The position numbers were made by a program, and so were the translations under genes. From Coprothermobacterota bacterium (GTDB taxonomy: Bacteria; Coprothermobacterota; HKB111): DNA of 64,000 nucleotides. The stretch covers positions 74,550 to 138,549 of the forward strand of contig JBBIIY010000001.1 of NCBI GenBank assembly GCA_037446255.1, in the 5' to 3' direction. Within the stretch, counting starts at the first letter, position 1. The number at the start of each line of letters is the position of its first letter. The notes beneath the pieces were generated by a model that worked only from the letters and a program-made list of their open reading frames with translations, searched no databases and had not been told where the DNA came from. Below are positions 29,508 to 40,843 of the stretch, piece after piece.

Positions 29508-29987
29508 TTATAGTGGAAGGCGGTTAATGATAAGGTCCAGATTAGCATCTTTTCTATCCTGGGTTACATATTCTGTTGGTTGTAAATATTTCGTTGATGA
29601 GTCTGATAATACAGGTTTAGGTTTTTTAAGAATCTGGGAAATATAAGAAGGACTGATTTTTAAAAGATAATATTCCAGGAGAAAGCTGGATAGTTTGCGA
29701 GGGCCAAACCCTGTTTCTTCCCTTATTTTAAAAACGAGAGTAATATTTTCTGGGGAAAATTTTCTATGCTTCCTTTTGGGTATAGGAGGAAGGTTATTCA
29801 AACCTTCTTTACCTTCTAAAACAAATCTTTTATGCCATTTGTAATAAGTTTTACGGCTGATTTTATACTTTTGGGTAATCTCACTTATCGGGGTTCCTTT
29901 TTTTACTTGTTGGAACCATTGAAGCTTTTCTTCAATAGTATACACTTTTTTTGATGATTCTTTGAGCATAGTAATGTAATATAGCAT
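29508..29987 (-). pseudogene. IS481-family transposase N-terminal (HTH) fragment lacking the DDE catalytic domain, a relic or domesticated HTH protein
   Basis: ISRKTYYKWHKRFVLEGKEGLNN...FGPRKLSSFLLEYYLLKISPSYISQILKK matches the IS481 OrfA/HTH region. Only 159 aa, with no D-D-E domain, flanked by AT-rich DNA. Confidence 0.55.
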
Positions 29988-30099
29988 GAGTAAAATTAGA
30001 TGTCAATAGAAAAATAATAGTGTAACCAAAGAGTGCGTATTTGTTACTAGAGATAATACGCAAACTAACCAGAGATTATAAACATATTCATTTTATGTA

Positions 30100-30128
30100 T
30101 TGACAAGAAAAAATAGGTGTGTTATATT
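30100..30128 (+). promoter_or_regulatory. Sigma70-like promoter with extended -10: TTGACA, 17-nt spacer, TGt-TATATT, for the + strand SLH-SBP operon
   Basis: TTGACA 30100-30105 and TATATT 30123-30128 preceded by TGT. About 125-nt 5' UTR to the GTG start at 30253. Confidence 0.45.
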
Positions 30129-30252
30129 AGCATTGAGTTATTATGAATACTGTATTATTTATTATTATGGAGGTGATGCACAAGCTCATATTAAAAAACT
30201 GCTTGAGCAGCAGTACACTTTTTTAACACATTTAAGGAGGTTTTGAGATTAA

Positions 30253-32517
30253 GTGAAAAGATTAATTGGTTTAACAGTAGCAGGTTTGCTGGTAATTTCT
30301 ATCTTCAGCTCATTAGGATTTGCCAATGCTCAGGTAACACTTAAAGATATTAGCGGACACTTGTTTGAGTATGAAGTAAAAAAGTTGGTAGAAGCTAATG
30401 TAATCAAAGGCTTTCCGGATGGAACCTTTAAACCTGAGGGATTAGTCACCAGGGCTGATATTGCTATTATGATAGTATTAGGTAAGAAATTAGCCCTGGC
30501 AAAGCCTGCGGTAAGCCCCTTTAAAGATGTTCCTACCACTCATTATGCTTATGGACATATCGCTGCTGCTCAAAAAGCAGGTTATCTGAAAGGTTATCCA
30601 GATGGTACCTTTCGTCCCTCAGGAAATGTCAACCGCGCAGAATTAGCAGCTATCCTTGGTCAAGCCAAAGGTTTGGCTGCACAGGCAGCAAAAATCACTA
30701 CACCCATCGCTTTCTCTCAGGATGAGTCAGCTATTCCTGCCTGGGCAGTAGGTTTTATAGCCCTTGGAATTAATCCTTCTCATCAATATATTACTCATAG
30801 AGCCGCTTCTGGCTTTAGACTGATTGCTCCTTTAGCCGCAGCTACTCGGGTTGAAGTCGCCTATGGTGTACACCAGGTTATTTACCCACCCAAATTTGAA
30901 TCTGTGGTTAATGTAGCTATGGCTCAGGAGCCCGATACCCTGCATAGCTGGATTGGTACTATGGCTGCCATGCAGGTTGTCTGGAATACTATGGGATTGC
31001 CAACTATTGGAAGAGACCAAGCCTGGGCTCTTTATCCTGGCTCTATGAAAGAAACCCCCACCGTGGAAAATGGTTTATGGAAAGTTGCAGCAGATACCAT
31101 GGAAATCACTTACCGTATTCGCGAAGGACTTAAATTCCACGATGGCAAACCAGTAACCATGGATGACTGGGCTTATAGCTTCATGGTTTTTATGGACCCC
31201 CTGACCCCTATCGTTTCCCGTATTATTGAGAACAAAGTTGATTTTACCAAGGGTACCGGAGCTTTTGGAATTAAGGGTTTTGATATGCTCAATCCTTATA
31301 CTGTAAAAGTATATTACAAATCGCTGGATTGGAGAGCTAACCTTGGACTAATTGGTATGGGCTTATATCCCAAACATATCGTAGAAGGGCCTTTCACTGA
31401 AATGAAGAAGGCCAATAATGCGGACCTCTTTAGAAAAGATGAAACCATGGCCCGGAGACCTATTGGATTAGGAGCTTATAAGCTGGTTGAATGGAGATCT
31501 GGTTCGCATATGACCCTGGAAAGATTTGATGACTATGTATTAGGAACTCCATTATTTAAGAATATAGTATTCCGTTTTATTCCAGATACTACAGCATTAT
31601 TGGCTCGTATTGTTTCTGGTAAAGATATTGATGTTACCGCTATTGGTCTTACTTTTGACCAGGGAATGCAGCTCAGTGCCCGGCAATCTGCTCATACCAG
31701 GGTTAACTTTGTTAATGGTTTAACCTGGGAACACATTGGTATTAACAATGATGATGCGGTTCTGAAAGACATTCGGGTTAGAAAAGCTTTCATACAGGGA
31801 ATTAACAGAGAAGAAGTAACAAGAACTTTATTTGCTGGTAGGCAACCGGTAGCTCATGGTTTTTATGCTCCTTTGCACTGGGCGTACGATGACGCAACTG
31901 TAACCAAATATTCATACAATCCAGCTGCTTCCCGCGCTTTACTGGAAGAAGCTGGCTGGAGAGTGGGAGCTGATGGTATCCGCACCAAAGACGGCAGAAG
32001 GCTTACCATAATTCTGGAAACCACTGCCGGAAATGCTGTTCGTGAACAAGTACAATCAATCCTTAAAGCTCAATTAAGAGATGTAGGCATAGACCTGGAT
32101 ATTTCAAAGAACAAACCTGCCACAGCCTTTTTTGCCACCGCATATTTTTATGGTCGTCAATGGCCTAATATGGTTATGTTTGCCTGGTTATCGTCGTTGA
32201 CTTCTATTGGTGACACTATTTTTCACAAAGACTGGATTCCCTCAGTTGAAAACGGCTATCAGGGTCAGAACATTTATGGTTGGAGAAACGATGAAGCCTC
32301 CAGAATGTTAGATTTGGCTGGAAAAGAAATGAGCGATACCAAGAGAAAAGAGTATTGTGCTCGCGTGCAACAGCTGATTACCGAAGAACTACCGGTTATT
32401 CCGCTTTACTATCGCGTTGATATTAATACAAATAAAATCAACCTGGCCACAGTCAGACCTATCTCTTTAGCCGGTCAATATATTACCTGGAACGCTTACA
32501 ACTGGTATTGGCGTTAA
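30253..32517 (+). CDS. Family-5 ABC substrate-binding protein with N-terminal SLH domains (paralog of 27001-29400)
   Basis: Signal peptide ending FANAQV, SLH repeats (FKDVPTTHYAYGHIAAAQKAGYLKGYPDGTFRPSGNVNRAELA), C-terminal SBP_bac_5. Confidence 0.85.
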   Translation: MKRLIGLTVAGLLVISIFSSLGFANAQVTLKDISGHLFEYEVKKLVEANVIKGFPDGTFKPEGLVTRADIAIMIVLGKKLALAKPAVSPFKDVPTTHYAYGHIAAAQKAGYLKGYPDGTFRPSGNVNRAELAAILGQAKGLAAQAAKITTPIAFSQDESAIPAWAVGFIALGINPSHQYITHRAASGFRLIAPLAAATRVEVAYGVHQVIYPPKFESVVNVAMAQEPDTLHSWIGTMAAMQVVWNTMGLPTIGRDQAWALYPGSMKETPTVENGLWKVAADTMEITYRIREGLKFHDGKPVTMDDWAYSFMVFMDPLTPIVSRIIENKVDFTKGTGAFGIKGFDMLNPYTVKVYYKSLDWRANLGLIGMGLYPKHIVEGPFTEMKKANNADLFRKDETMARRPIGLGAYKLVEWRSGSHMTLERFDDYVLGTPLFKNIVFRFIPDTTALLARIVSGKDIDVTAIGLTFDQGMQLSARQSAHTRVNFVNGLTWEHIGINNDDAVLKDIRVRKAFIQGINREEVTRTLFAGRQPVAHGFYAPLHWAYDDATVTKYSYNPAASRALLEEAGWRVGADGIRTKDGRRLTIILETTAGNAVREQVQSILKAQLRDVGIDLDISKNKPATAFFATAYFYGRQWPNMVMFAWLSSLTSIGDTIFHKDWIPSVENGYQGQNIYGWRNDEASRMLDLAGKEMSDTKRKEYCARVQQLITEELPVIPLYYRVDINTNKINLATVRPISLAGQYITWNAYNWYWR

Positions 32518-32529
32518 TTTAAATTACTT

Positions 32530-32562
32530 GGTGGGGGTAGAATGTTTCTACCCCCACATTTT
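32530..32562 (+). promoter_or_regulatory. Intra-operon terminator-like stem-loop (11-bp stem GTGGGGGTAGA/TCTACCCCCAC followed by ATTTTT) between the SBP and permease genes
   Basis: Read directly. It is positionally equivalent to the stem-loop at 26959-26984 in the paralogous locus. Confidence 0.5.
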
Positions 32563-33569
32563 TGGAAAGAGGTGAATTATATTTGAGAGATTATATAATT
32601 AGAAGGCTTATTCAGCTCGTTCCCCTGGTAATTGCCGTAAGTATATTAATATATGCAATTATAGATATAGCTCCAGGTGACCCCTTGGAACAACTGCTCT
32701 TAAATCCTGATGTCAAGATGGAAGATATAGAGAGATTAAAAGAAATTTACGGAGTTGGGGGTCCTTTCCTGGAAAGATGGGGTAAATGGTTCTGGAGGTT
32801 GGTTAGATACCAAGATTTAGGGGTTGCTCGTTTCCATCCCTATGCTGTCTGGGACTTGATTGCATCCAGAGTACCCGTTACTCTCAGGCTAAGTCTGTTG
32901 GCTATGTCTGTGAGTTTGATGGTAGCACTGCCAGTGGGTATATTTTCTGCCCGAAAGCAGTATTCCAGGTGGGATAATATTTTTACCGGTTTAGCTTTTA
33001 TGGGTCGTTCTATGCCCACTTTCTGGTTTGGAATAATGCTTATTTTAACTTTTGGTATCTACCTCGGCGGAACACCACTGGAATTACCCATGGGGAATCT
33101 TACCAGTATAATATTCACAGAAGGTGTTCCCTGGATAACCCTGCAGTTAGATGCCGCTAAACATCTTATCTTACCAGTTTTAGTGCTTGGTCTTGCTGGA
33201 ATGACCGGATGGACCCGTTATGTAAGGTCCACCCTACTTGAAGTATTAAGACAGGATTATATTAGAACTGCCCGGGCAAAAGGGCTTTCTGAAAGAGTCG
33301 TTATCTGGAAACATGCTATTAGAAATGTGTTAATACCTATTATTACTCTTGTAGCATTATCTCTTCCAGGATTGTTTTCAGGTGCTATCATAACTGAATC
33401 AGTTTTTGCACTTCCAGGCATGGGGCGATTAATTTTTACTGCAGTTATAAGTAAAGATTTTAACCTGGCTGTAGGTTGCCTGACCTTCCTTTGCATCCTT
33501 ACTATTGTGTCTAACTTATTAGCGGACATAATGTATGCTGTTGTTGACCCACGGGTAAGATTCCGTTAA
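32562..33569 (+). CDS. Peptide ABC transporter permease (OppB/DppB-like)
   Basis: RTARAKGLSERVVIWKHAIRNV EAA motif. 335 aa with 6 TM. Confidence 0.85.
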   Translation: MERGELYLRDYIIRRLIQLVPLVIAVSILIYAIIDIAPGDPLEQLLLNPDVKMEDIERLKEIYGVGGPFLERWGKWFWRLVRYQDLGVARFHPYAVWDLIASRVPVTLRLSLLAMSVSLMVALPVGIFSARKQYSRWDNIFTGLAFMGRSMPTFWFGIMLILTFGIYLGGTPLELPMGNLTSIIFTEGVPWITLQLDAAKHLILPVLVLGLAGMTGWTRYVRSTLLEVLRQDYIRTARAKGLSERVVIWKHAIRNVLIPIITLVALSLPGLFSGAIITESVFALPGMGRLIFTAVISKDFNLAVGCLTFLCILTIVSNLLADIMYAVVDPRVRFR

Positions 33570-33585
33570 ATGAGGATAGATAAAT

Positions 33586-34506
33586 ATGGCTATAGTTACC
33601 AACATTAAAGAAAGTAATGAATTTGATTTATCTGAAAAAGAATACAGTTATTGGGGTGCTGTTTGGAGAAGATTCAGAAGACACAAGATGGCTACTATTG
33701 GTTTGATTATACTAACCTGTATAGTTTTATTTTCAATAATAACTCCAATAATAAGCCCCTTTACTATAGATAAAATTTCCTTAGCAGACAGGTTTTCTTC
33801 ACCATCAAGCAAATTCATCCTGGGAACGGATGAATTAGGAAGAGATGTTTTAGTAAGATTGGCCTATGGAGGGAGAGTCTCTCTTTTCGTAGCGGTAGTA
33901 GCTTCACTTTCCTCGTTGTTATTGGGTGCTACTATTGGCAGTATAGCAGGTTTTTTTGGTGGATGGTTGGATAATGTTTTAATGAGATTGGTAGATGTGC
34001 TTTTATCGATTCCTACCTTTCCCTTATTAATGTTATTAGCTATGTATTTTGGAGGAAGCCTTTGGAACCTGATTCTCATAATAGCTGTCCTCGGTTGGAT
34101 GGGCGAGTCCAGGCTTATCCGGGGCTACTTCCTTTCTTTAAAAGAGTCCGAGTTTGTAGAAGCAGCATTTGCTATAGGCGCTTCTTCCAGAAGAATTATT
34201 TTTAGACATATCATGCCAAACGCTTTAGCTGTGTTACTGGTTTCTGTAACCTTAAGCGTTGGTGGAATTATTCTTTATGAAGCGGCCTTGAGTTATCTTG
34301 GTTTGGGTATTCAACCGCCTACTCCTTCGTGGGGTAATATGCTTCAAAGATCAATGGAATACATCCTGGGAGCACCTACCAAAAGTGGAGGACCTCCTTG
34401 GTGGTTAACCTTTTATCCGGGGTTAATGATCTTTTTAACTGCCCTATCTGTTAATTTTATGGGTGATGGTTTAAGAGATGCCCTTGACCCCAGACTAAAA
34501 ATGTAG
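33586..34506 (+). CDS. Peptide ABC transporter permease (OppC/DppC-like)
   Basis: Permease topology with C-terminal GDGLRDALDPRLK. 306 aa. Confidence 0.85.
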   Translation: MAIVTNIKESNEFDLSEKEYSYWGAVWRRFRRHKMATIGLIILTCIVLFSIITPIISPFTIDKISLADRFSSPSSKFILGTDELGRDVLVRLAYGGRVSLFVAVVASLSSLLLGATIGSIAGFFGGWLDNVLMRLVDVLLSIPTFPLLMLLAMYFGGSLWNLILIIAVLGWMGESRLIRGYFLSLKESEFVEAAFAIGASSRRIIFRHIMPNALAVLLVSVTLSVGGIILYEAALSYLGLGIQPPTPSWGNMLQRSMEYILGAPTKSGGPPWWLTFYPGLMIFLTALSVNFMGDGLRDALDPRLKM

Positions 34507-34521
34507 TGGTGGAGGTTCTTA

Positions 34522-35553
34522 ATGCCTGAATTCGATTACCTTATAGATGTAAGAAATTTGAAGACCTACTTTTATACCGAAGATGGTGTAGTCCCAGCTG
34601 TAGATAATGTTAGCATGAGAATCAAAGCTGGTGAAACCCTGGGGGTGGTGGGGGAATCAGGATGTGGAAAATCTGTTACCTCTTTGAGTATAATGAGATT
34701 AATACAACAACCACCAGGCAAAATCCTGGAGGGAGAAATCTATTTTAAAGGAGAAAATCTCCTGCTTAAACCTGAAGAGGAGATGAGGAAAGTTAGGGGT
34801 GGAGATATAGCTATGATTTTCCAGGAACCCATGACCTCCTTAAACCCTGTTTATACTGTCGGAGACCAGGTTTCAGAAGCAATAATATTACATCAGGGAG
34901 TATCTAAAAAAGATGCTATAGATAAAGTTGTGCAAATGTTTAAATTAGTTGGTATATCCGATGCTGAAAGAAGAGTAGATAGCTATCCTCACCAGTTGTC
35001 CGGAGGAATGAGGCAAAGAGTTATGATAGCCATGGCGCTTTCCTGTAACCCTGATTTATTAATTGCCGATGAACCAACGACAGCCCTTGATGTTACTATT
35101 CAAGCTCAAATACTTGAACTTATGAAGGAGCTTAAAGGTAGATTAGGGATGGCTATTATGCTGGTTACTCATAACTTAGGTGTAGTTGCTGAAATGGCTC
35201 AAAATATAATGGTTATGTACGCTGGAAAGGTGGTTGAATACGCTACAGCTCGAGAAGTATTTAAAACCCCTCAACACCCTTACAGCTACGGGCTGCTATA
35301 TTCTGTCCCTCGTCTGGATAGGGGAAAGAGCAAAGATCCACTGCCTACCATAGAAGGCGTTGTTCCAAACCCTTATAATATGCCTCCAGGTTGCAGATTT
35401 TATCCCCGATGCAAATTCAGAATGGATATTTGCGATAAGGAAGAACCGCCATTAATCAACATAGACGACAGTGAACGATTAGTTGCTTGTTGGTTATTCC
35501 TTCATAAAGGAAAGCAAGATTTCTTGTCGGAAGGAGGCGTAGAAAATGGCTAA
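34522..35553 (+). CDS. Peptide ABC transporter ATP-binding protein (OppD-like)
   Basis: Walker [10 protein letters not shown], signature LSGGMRQRV, Walker [14 protein letters not shown]-terminal oligopeptide-ABC Cys motif. Confidence 0.9.
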   Translation: MPEFDYLIDVRNLKTYFYTEDGVVPAVDNVSMRIKAGETLGVVGESGCGKSVTSLSIMRLIQQPPGKILEGEIYFKGENLLLKPEEEMRKVRGGDIAMIFQEPMTSLNPVYTVGDQVSEAIILHQGVSKKDAIDKVVQMFKLVGISDAERRVDSYPHQLSGGMRQRVMIAMALSCNPDLLIADEPTTALDVTIQAQILELMKELKGRLGMAIMLVTHNLGVVAEMAQNIMVMYAGKVVEYATAREVFKTPQHPYSYGLLYSVPRLDRGKSKDPLPTIEGVVPNPYNMPPGCRFYPRCKFRMDICDKEEPPLINIDDSERLVACWLFLHKGKQDFLSEGGVENG

Positions 35554-36520
35554 CGATAATGTTTTAGTTGAAGTAAAAAATTTATATAAGCATTTCCCCA
35601 TTACCGGAGGAGTTTTTGGAAGGACAGTAGCTACTGTTAAAGCTGTTGATGGTGTTTCTTTTTCCATTAGAAAAGGAGAAGCTCTGGGTTTGGTGGGAGA
35701 ATCTGGAAGTGGTAAAACTACAGTAGGCCGAACCATCCTTCGGTTAATTGAACCTACCAAAGGCAAGATTATTTATAATGGGATTGATATATCTACTCTT
35801 TCTCGCGGTAAGCTGAGACCCATGCGTAAACATATGCAGATTATCTTCCAGGATCCTTTTGGCTCACTTAACCCCCGTATGACCGTGGGAGAAATGTTAG
35901 GAGAACCGATGGAAATACATGCAGTGGCCCGGGGAAAAGAAAGGGATCACAAGGTTCAAGAACTATTGGAATTAGTAGGTTTAAGAGGAGAGCACGCTCG
36001 TAGATATCCTCATGAATTTTCAGGAGGGCAAAGGCAGAGAGTAGGTATTGCCAGAGCCTTAGCTTTAAATCCAGCGTTTATTGTGGCTGATGAACCTGTT
36101 TCAGCGCTGGATGTGTCCATTCAAGCCCAGATTATTAACCTACTTATTTACCTTCAGAGCAAATTTAACCTGACTTTCCTATTTATTGCTCATGACCTTG
36201 GTGTAGTAAAAAGAATGTGCGATTCTATTGCAGTTATGTATCTCGGTAATATTATGGAACATGCTGAAAATGATAAGCTATTCGGACAACCTATTCACCC
36301 TTACACCCAAGCGTTATTATCTGCAGTTCCTATTCCCGACCCGGATATTAAAAGAGAAAGGATAATATTAAGAGGAGACATTCCCTCTCCAGTTAATCCT
36401 CCAGCAGGGTGCAAGTTCCATACCCGCTGCCAGAACTTCACTGCAGGTGTTTGTGATGTAAAAATTCCTGAGCTTAGAGAAATCAAACCGAATCATTGGG
36501 TGGCCTGTCATTTAGTATAA
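35546..36520 (+). CDS. Peptide ABC transporter ATP-binding protein (OppF-like)
   Basis: Walker [10 protein letters not shown], signature FSGGQRQRV, Walker [13 protein letters not shown]. Confidence 0.9.
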   Translation: MANDNVLVEVKNLYKHFPITGGVFGRTVATVKAVDGVSFSIRKGEALGLVGESGSGKTTVGRTILRLIEPTKGKIIYNGIDISTLSRGKLRPMRKHMQIIFQDPFGSLNPRMTVGEMLGEPMEIHAVARGKERDHKVQELLELVGLRGEHARRYPHEFSGGQRQRVGIARALALNPAFIVADEPVSALDVSIQAQIINLLIYLQSKFNLTFLFIAHDLGVVKRMCDSIAVMYLGNIMEHAENDKLFGQPIHPYTQALLSAVPIPDPDIKRERIILRGDIPSPVNPPAGCKFHTRCQNFTAGVCDVKIPELREIKPNHWVACHLV

Positions 36521-36543
36521 GAAACTTGGTTAATATATCATAA

Positions 36544-36577
36544 AGGGCTATCTGTTTATCGGATAGCCCTCTGTTTT
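36544..36577. terminator. Rho-independent terminator (AGGGCTATC / GATAGCCCT stem then T-run) ending the + strand opp operon, overlapping the stop of the convergent CE4 gene
   Basis: 9-bp stem 36544-36552 / 36562-36570 followed by CTGTTTTT. Confidence 0.65.
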
Positions 36578-37296
36578 TCCAGGATTAAATTAAAAGGCAG
36601 GGGGTTGAGATTTTTATCTCTTAAAATATTAAAAGTACGATTTAAGCATTCAAGTGAATTACTTCTATTTCCTCCGACTTTCCCGAAAAGGTACCCACCA
36701 TCATGAAATAGTATGATATCACGGTTTTTAATTTTACTTTTGATATGGGTTGATAAGGATTCAGGCTTTCTTCCTGTCCAATCATAACTGCTTAAAGACC
36801 AGAGAATTATTTTTGTGTTTAATTTTTTGGATAATTTTAACACCCTTCGGTCAAATAAACCTCTTGGAGGTCTAAATATATCAACTTCTTCTCCCAGTAT
36901 ATCTTCTAAGATGAATTTTCCCTCCGTTACCTCTCTAAATAACCTTCTGGAAGATAGTAAAGGTAAAAGGTAATGACTTTTGGTATGGTTTCCGATAATG
37001 TGCCCGCTTCTTCTGATTTCTTTGACTAATTGCTTATATTTCTGGGCTTCTTTACCGATTAGAAAGAAACAAGCCGAAGTGTTATTTTTTTCCAGGATAT
37101 TTAGAATCTGGGGGGTTAGTTTTGGATTAGGTCCATCATCAAAAGAAAAATATACTCCTTTATGGTGAGCAGAACCTTTCCTAACAACCGAGCGAGGATA
37201 ACTTCTATAAACATAAGTATTCAGCCCAAAGTAAGCAAAGGCTGAAAATGTTAATCCTAAACCAGTTATGCTTTCAAGATTTTCTATAATAAACAA
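36556..37296 (-). CDS. Polysaccharide deacetylase (CE4 / NodB homology domain)
   Basis: FDDGP motif (YFSFDDGPNPKLTPQIL), CE4 His motifs, N-terminal TM. Confidence 0.75.
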   Translation of the reverse strand: MFIIENLESITGLGLTFSAFAYFGLNTYVYRSYPRSVVRKGSAHHKGVYFSFDDGPNPKLTPQILNILEKNNTSACFFLIGKEAQKYKQLVKEIRRSGHIIGNHTKSHYLLPLLSSRRLFREVTEGKFILEDILGEEVDIFRPPRGLFDRRVLKLSKKLNTKIILWSLSSYDWTGRKPESLSTHIKSKIKNRDIILFHDGGYLFGKVGGNRSNSLECLNRTFNILRDKNLNPLPFNLILEKQRAIR

Positions 37297-37350
37297 TTTA
37301 TATAAACATTACAATATTCATTTAATATACATATTATATCAAATGTCTAA

Positions 37351-37386
37351 AAAAATAAACCCCCTCCTGAATATAGAAGGGGGTTT
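37351..37386 (-). terminator. Rho-independent terminator downstream of groEL (minus strand: AAACCCCCT..AGGGGGTTT then ATTTTTTT)
   Basis: 9-bp GC stem at 37357-37366 / 37377-37386 with a T-run on the minus strand. Confidence 0.7.
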
Positions 37387-37415
37387 ATGAAAACTTATAG
37401 AAAGTTTTTTAAATA

Positions 37416-39032
<1,617 letters not shown>

Positions 39033-39054
39033 TTATAATCCTCCTTTAAATACC

Positions 39055-39345
39055 TTAAGATTCAATTACAGCCAGAATATCACGTTCGCTAAGAATGAGG
39101 AAATCCTCACCTTCAGCTTTTATATCGGTTCCAGCATATTTGGCAAATAAAACAACATCGCCTTCTTTTACTTCCAGGGGAATTCTCTGGCCATTTTCTA
39201 ACATTTTGCCGCTTCCCACAGCTAGGACTTTACCCTTTTGAGGCTTTTCCTTGGCAGTATCCGGGATAACGATACCGCTTTTAGTTACCTCTTCAGCCTC
39301 CAGAGGCTTAACAAAAACACGATCTCCAATAGGTTTAACTTTCAT
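39055..39345 (-). CDS. groES: Co-chaperonin GroES. The ATG at 39345 is preferred over the track's 39381.
   Basis: [19 protein letters not shown]...[22 protein letters not shown] lies 5-10 nt upstream of the ATG at 39345, giving 96 aa. Confidence 0.9.
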   Translation of the reverse strand: MKVKPIGDRVFVKPLEAEEVTKSGIVIPDTAKEKPQKGKVLAVGSGKMLENGQRIPLEVKEGDVVLFAKYAGTDIKAEGEDFLILSERDILAVIES

Positions 39346-39481
39346 TAAATCAACCTCCATATTATTACTTATCTTATTCAAAAATATAATTACCCAAAAA
39401 AATAATGTATTTATACATAATCGGGTAATAAGATTTACAACTAAAAATTATACCATAAATAAATATATTACCTGGTATATC

Positions 39482-40843
39482 TTAAACTTTTATTTTTCGC
39501 CAAACTCGGGAATAAAACCTCAGGAAGTTTAAAGTGGCTTTGAAAAGAATATCTATACTCATAGCTATCCAGGCACCCAATAAACCCCACTCGTAAACAA
39601 AGATTAATAAATAGGCTATAGGTAATCTTATTAGCCAGGCTCCCACGCTGGCGGTGAACATGGGGAAACGAGTATCGCCAGTACCTCTTAAAGAACCAGC
39701 CATAATAAATTGAGTAGCCAGAAAAACCTGAAGGACAGCGATTATTCGTAAAACTTTTGCAGAAGCAAGAACGACCTCCATATCTTTAGAAAACAGCATA
39801 ACCATTGGCTTGGAAAACAAAAATAATAATAAACCAATGAAGCCCATTACTACGGCTCCCAGCTTGAGCGTTTCCATAGCAATATCAAAAGCCCTGGTAT
39901 CGTTTAATTTACCTCTGCATTGGCCTACTAGAACTGTTGCTGCCATAGCAAAACCCCATCCTATAACAAAAGAAAGGGATTCAATATTTAGGGCAATCCT
40001 GTGAGCAGCGAAAGTTTTGGTTCCCAGGGTTAAAACCATTCCACTGAATACTAATAGTCCTGAAGTGAACAAGATTTGTTCCATAGAAGCCGGAATACCC
40101 AGTTTAAATAAGGCAGCGACACTTTTCAAGTTTAAAAGACGAAAACCTATTTTTGGCTGTATCCTTCTTTTCTGGAAAAAGAGAAGAAATAAATACGATA
40201 CGGCCATTAATACCCGGGTGATACCAAAAGAAAAGGCTGCGCCTTTAACTCCCAGAACTGGAAAGCCTAATTTACCGGTAATCAGGATAAAATCTAAACC
40301 AATGTTAATTATTACAAATATTAAGGAGAGAAAAAATGGCGTACGGGTATCACCGTACCCCCTGAAAATTGCTGGTACTATTAAAGCTAGCACATAAAAA
40401 ATACCAGGTGCCATAGCATATTTTATATAAGTAGAGGTTTCCTTAATCAGGGCTTCTTCCATTTTAAAGAAGATGAAAAACTTTTCCGGGTAAAACCAGG
40501 CAGAAAGGCTTAAAATAGCACCAGATATAAACGCTAAAATCAACGAATTATAAATTACTTCCCTGGCACCATCAAAATCCTTTGCTCCAACTTTATGGGA
40601 AATCAAAACCGTTGTTCCCACCACCAGGAAAGCCATAATAGCGTGTATAGTCATGGTTATCTGATGGCATAACCCAACAGCTGAAAGTGAAAGGGGACCG
40701 AGAACCCCAATTATAGCTGTGTTAACCAGGACATAAATTGATAAACTGAACTGTTCGCCAACAACCGGAAGGGCTACTTTGAAAATTTCTTTCCTTAAAG
40801 ATATTTTAGCTATGTTGTTGCCGTAAATGAAATTACTGAGCAA
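39482..40843 (-). CDS. MATE-family multidrug/toxin efflux transporter
   Basis: 453 aa, 12 predicted TM, MATE N-terminal motif (ALPVVGEQFS...). Confidence 0.8.
   Translation of the reverse strand: MLSNFIYGNNIAKISLRKEIFKVALPVVGEQFSLSIYVLVNTAIIGVLGPLSLSAVGLCHQITMTIHAIMAFLVVGTTVLISHKVGAKDFDGAREVIYNSLILAFISGAILSLSAWFYPEKFFIFFKMEEALIKETSTYIKYAMAPGIFYVLALIVPAIFRGYGDTRTPFFLSLIFVIINIGLDFILITGKLGFPVLGVKGAAFSFGITRVLMAVSYLFLLFFQKRRIQPKIGFRLLNLKSVAALFKLGIPASMEQILFTSGLLVFSGMVLTLGTKTFAAHRIALNIESLSFVIGWGFAMAATVLVGQCRGKLNDTRAFDIAMETLKLGAVVMGFIGLLLFLFSKPMVMLFSKDMEVVLASAKVLRIIAVLQVFLATQFIMAGSLRGTGDTRFPMFTASVGAWLIRLPIAYLLIFVYEWGLLGAWIAMSIDILFKATLNFLRFYSRVWRKIKV

Noticed and set aside
39346-39481. CIRCE/HrcA operator upstream of groES
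   Set aside because: I searched for TTAGCACTC / GAGTGCTAA on both strands and found no match. Its absence is reported as a finding rather than a feature.
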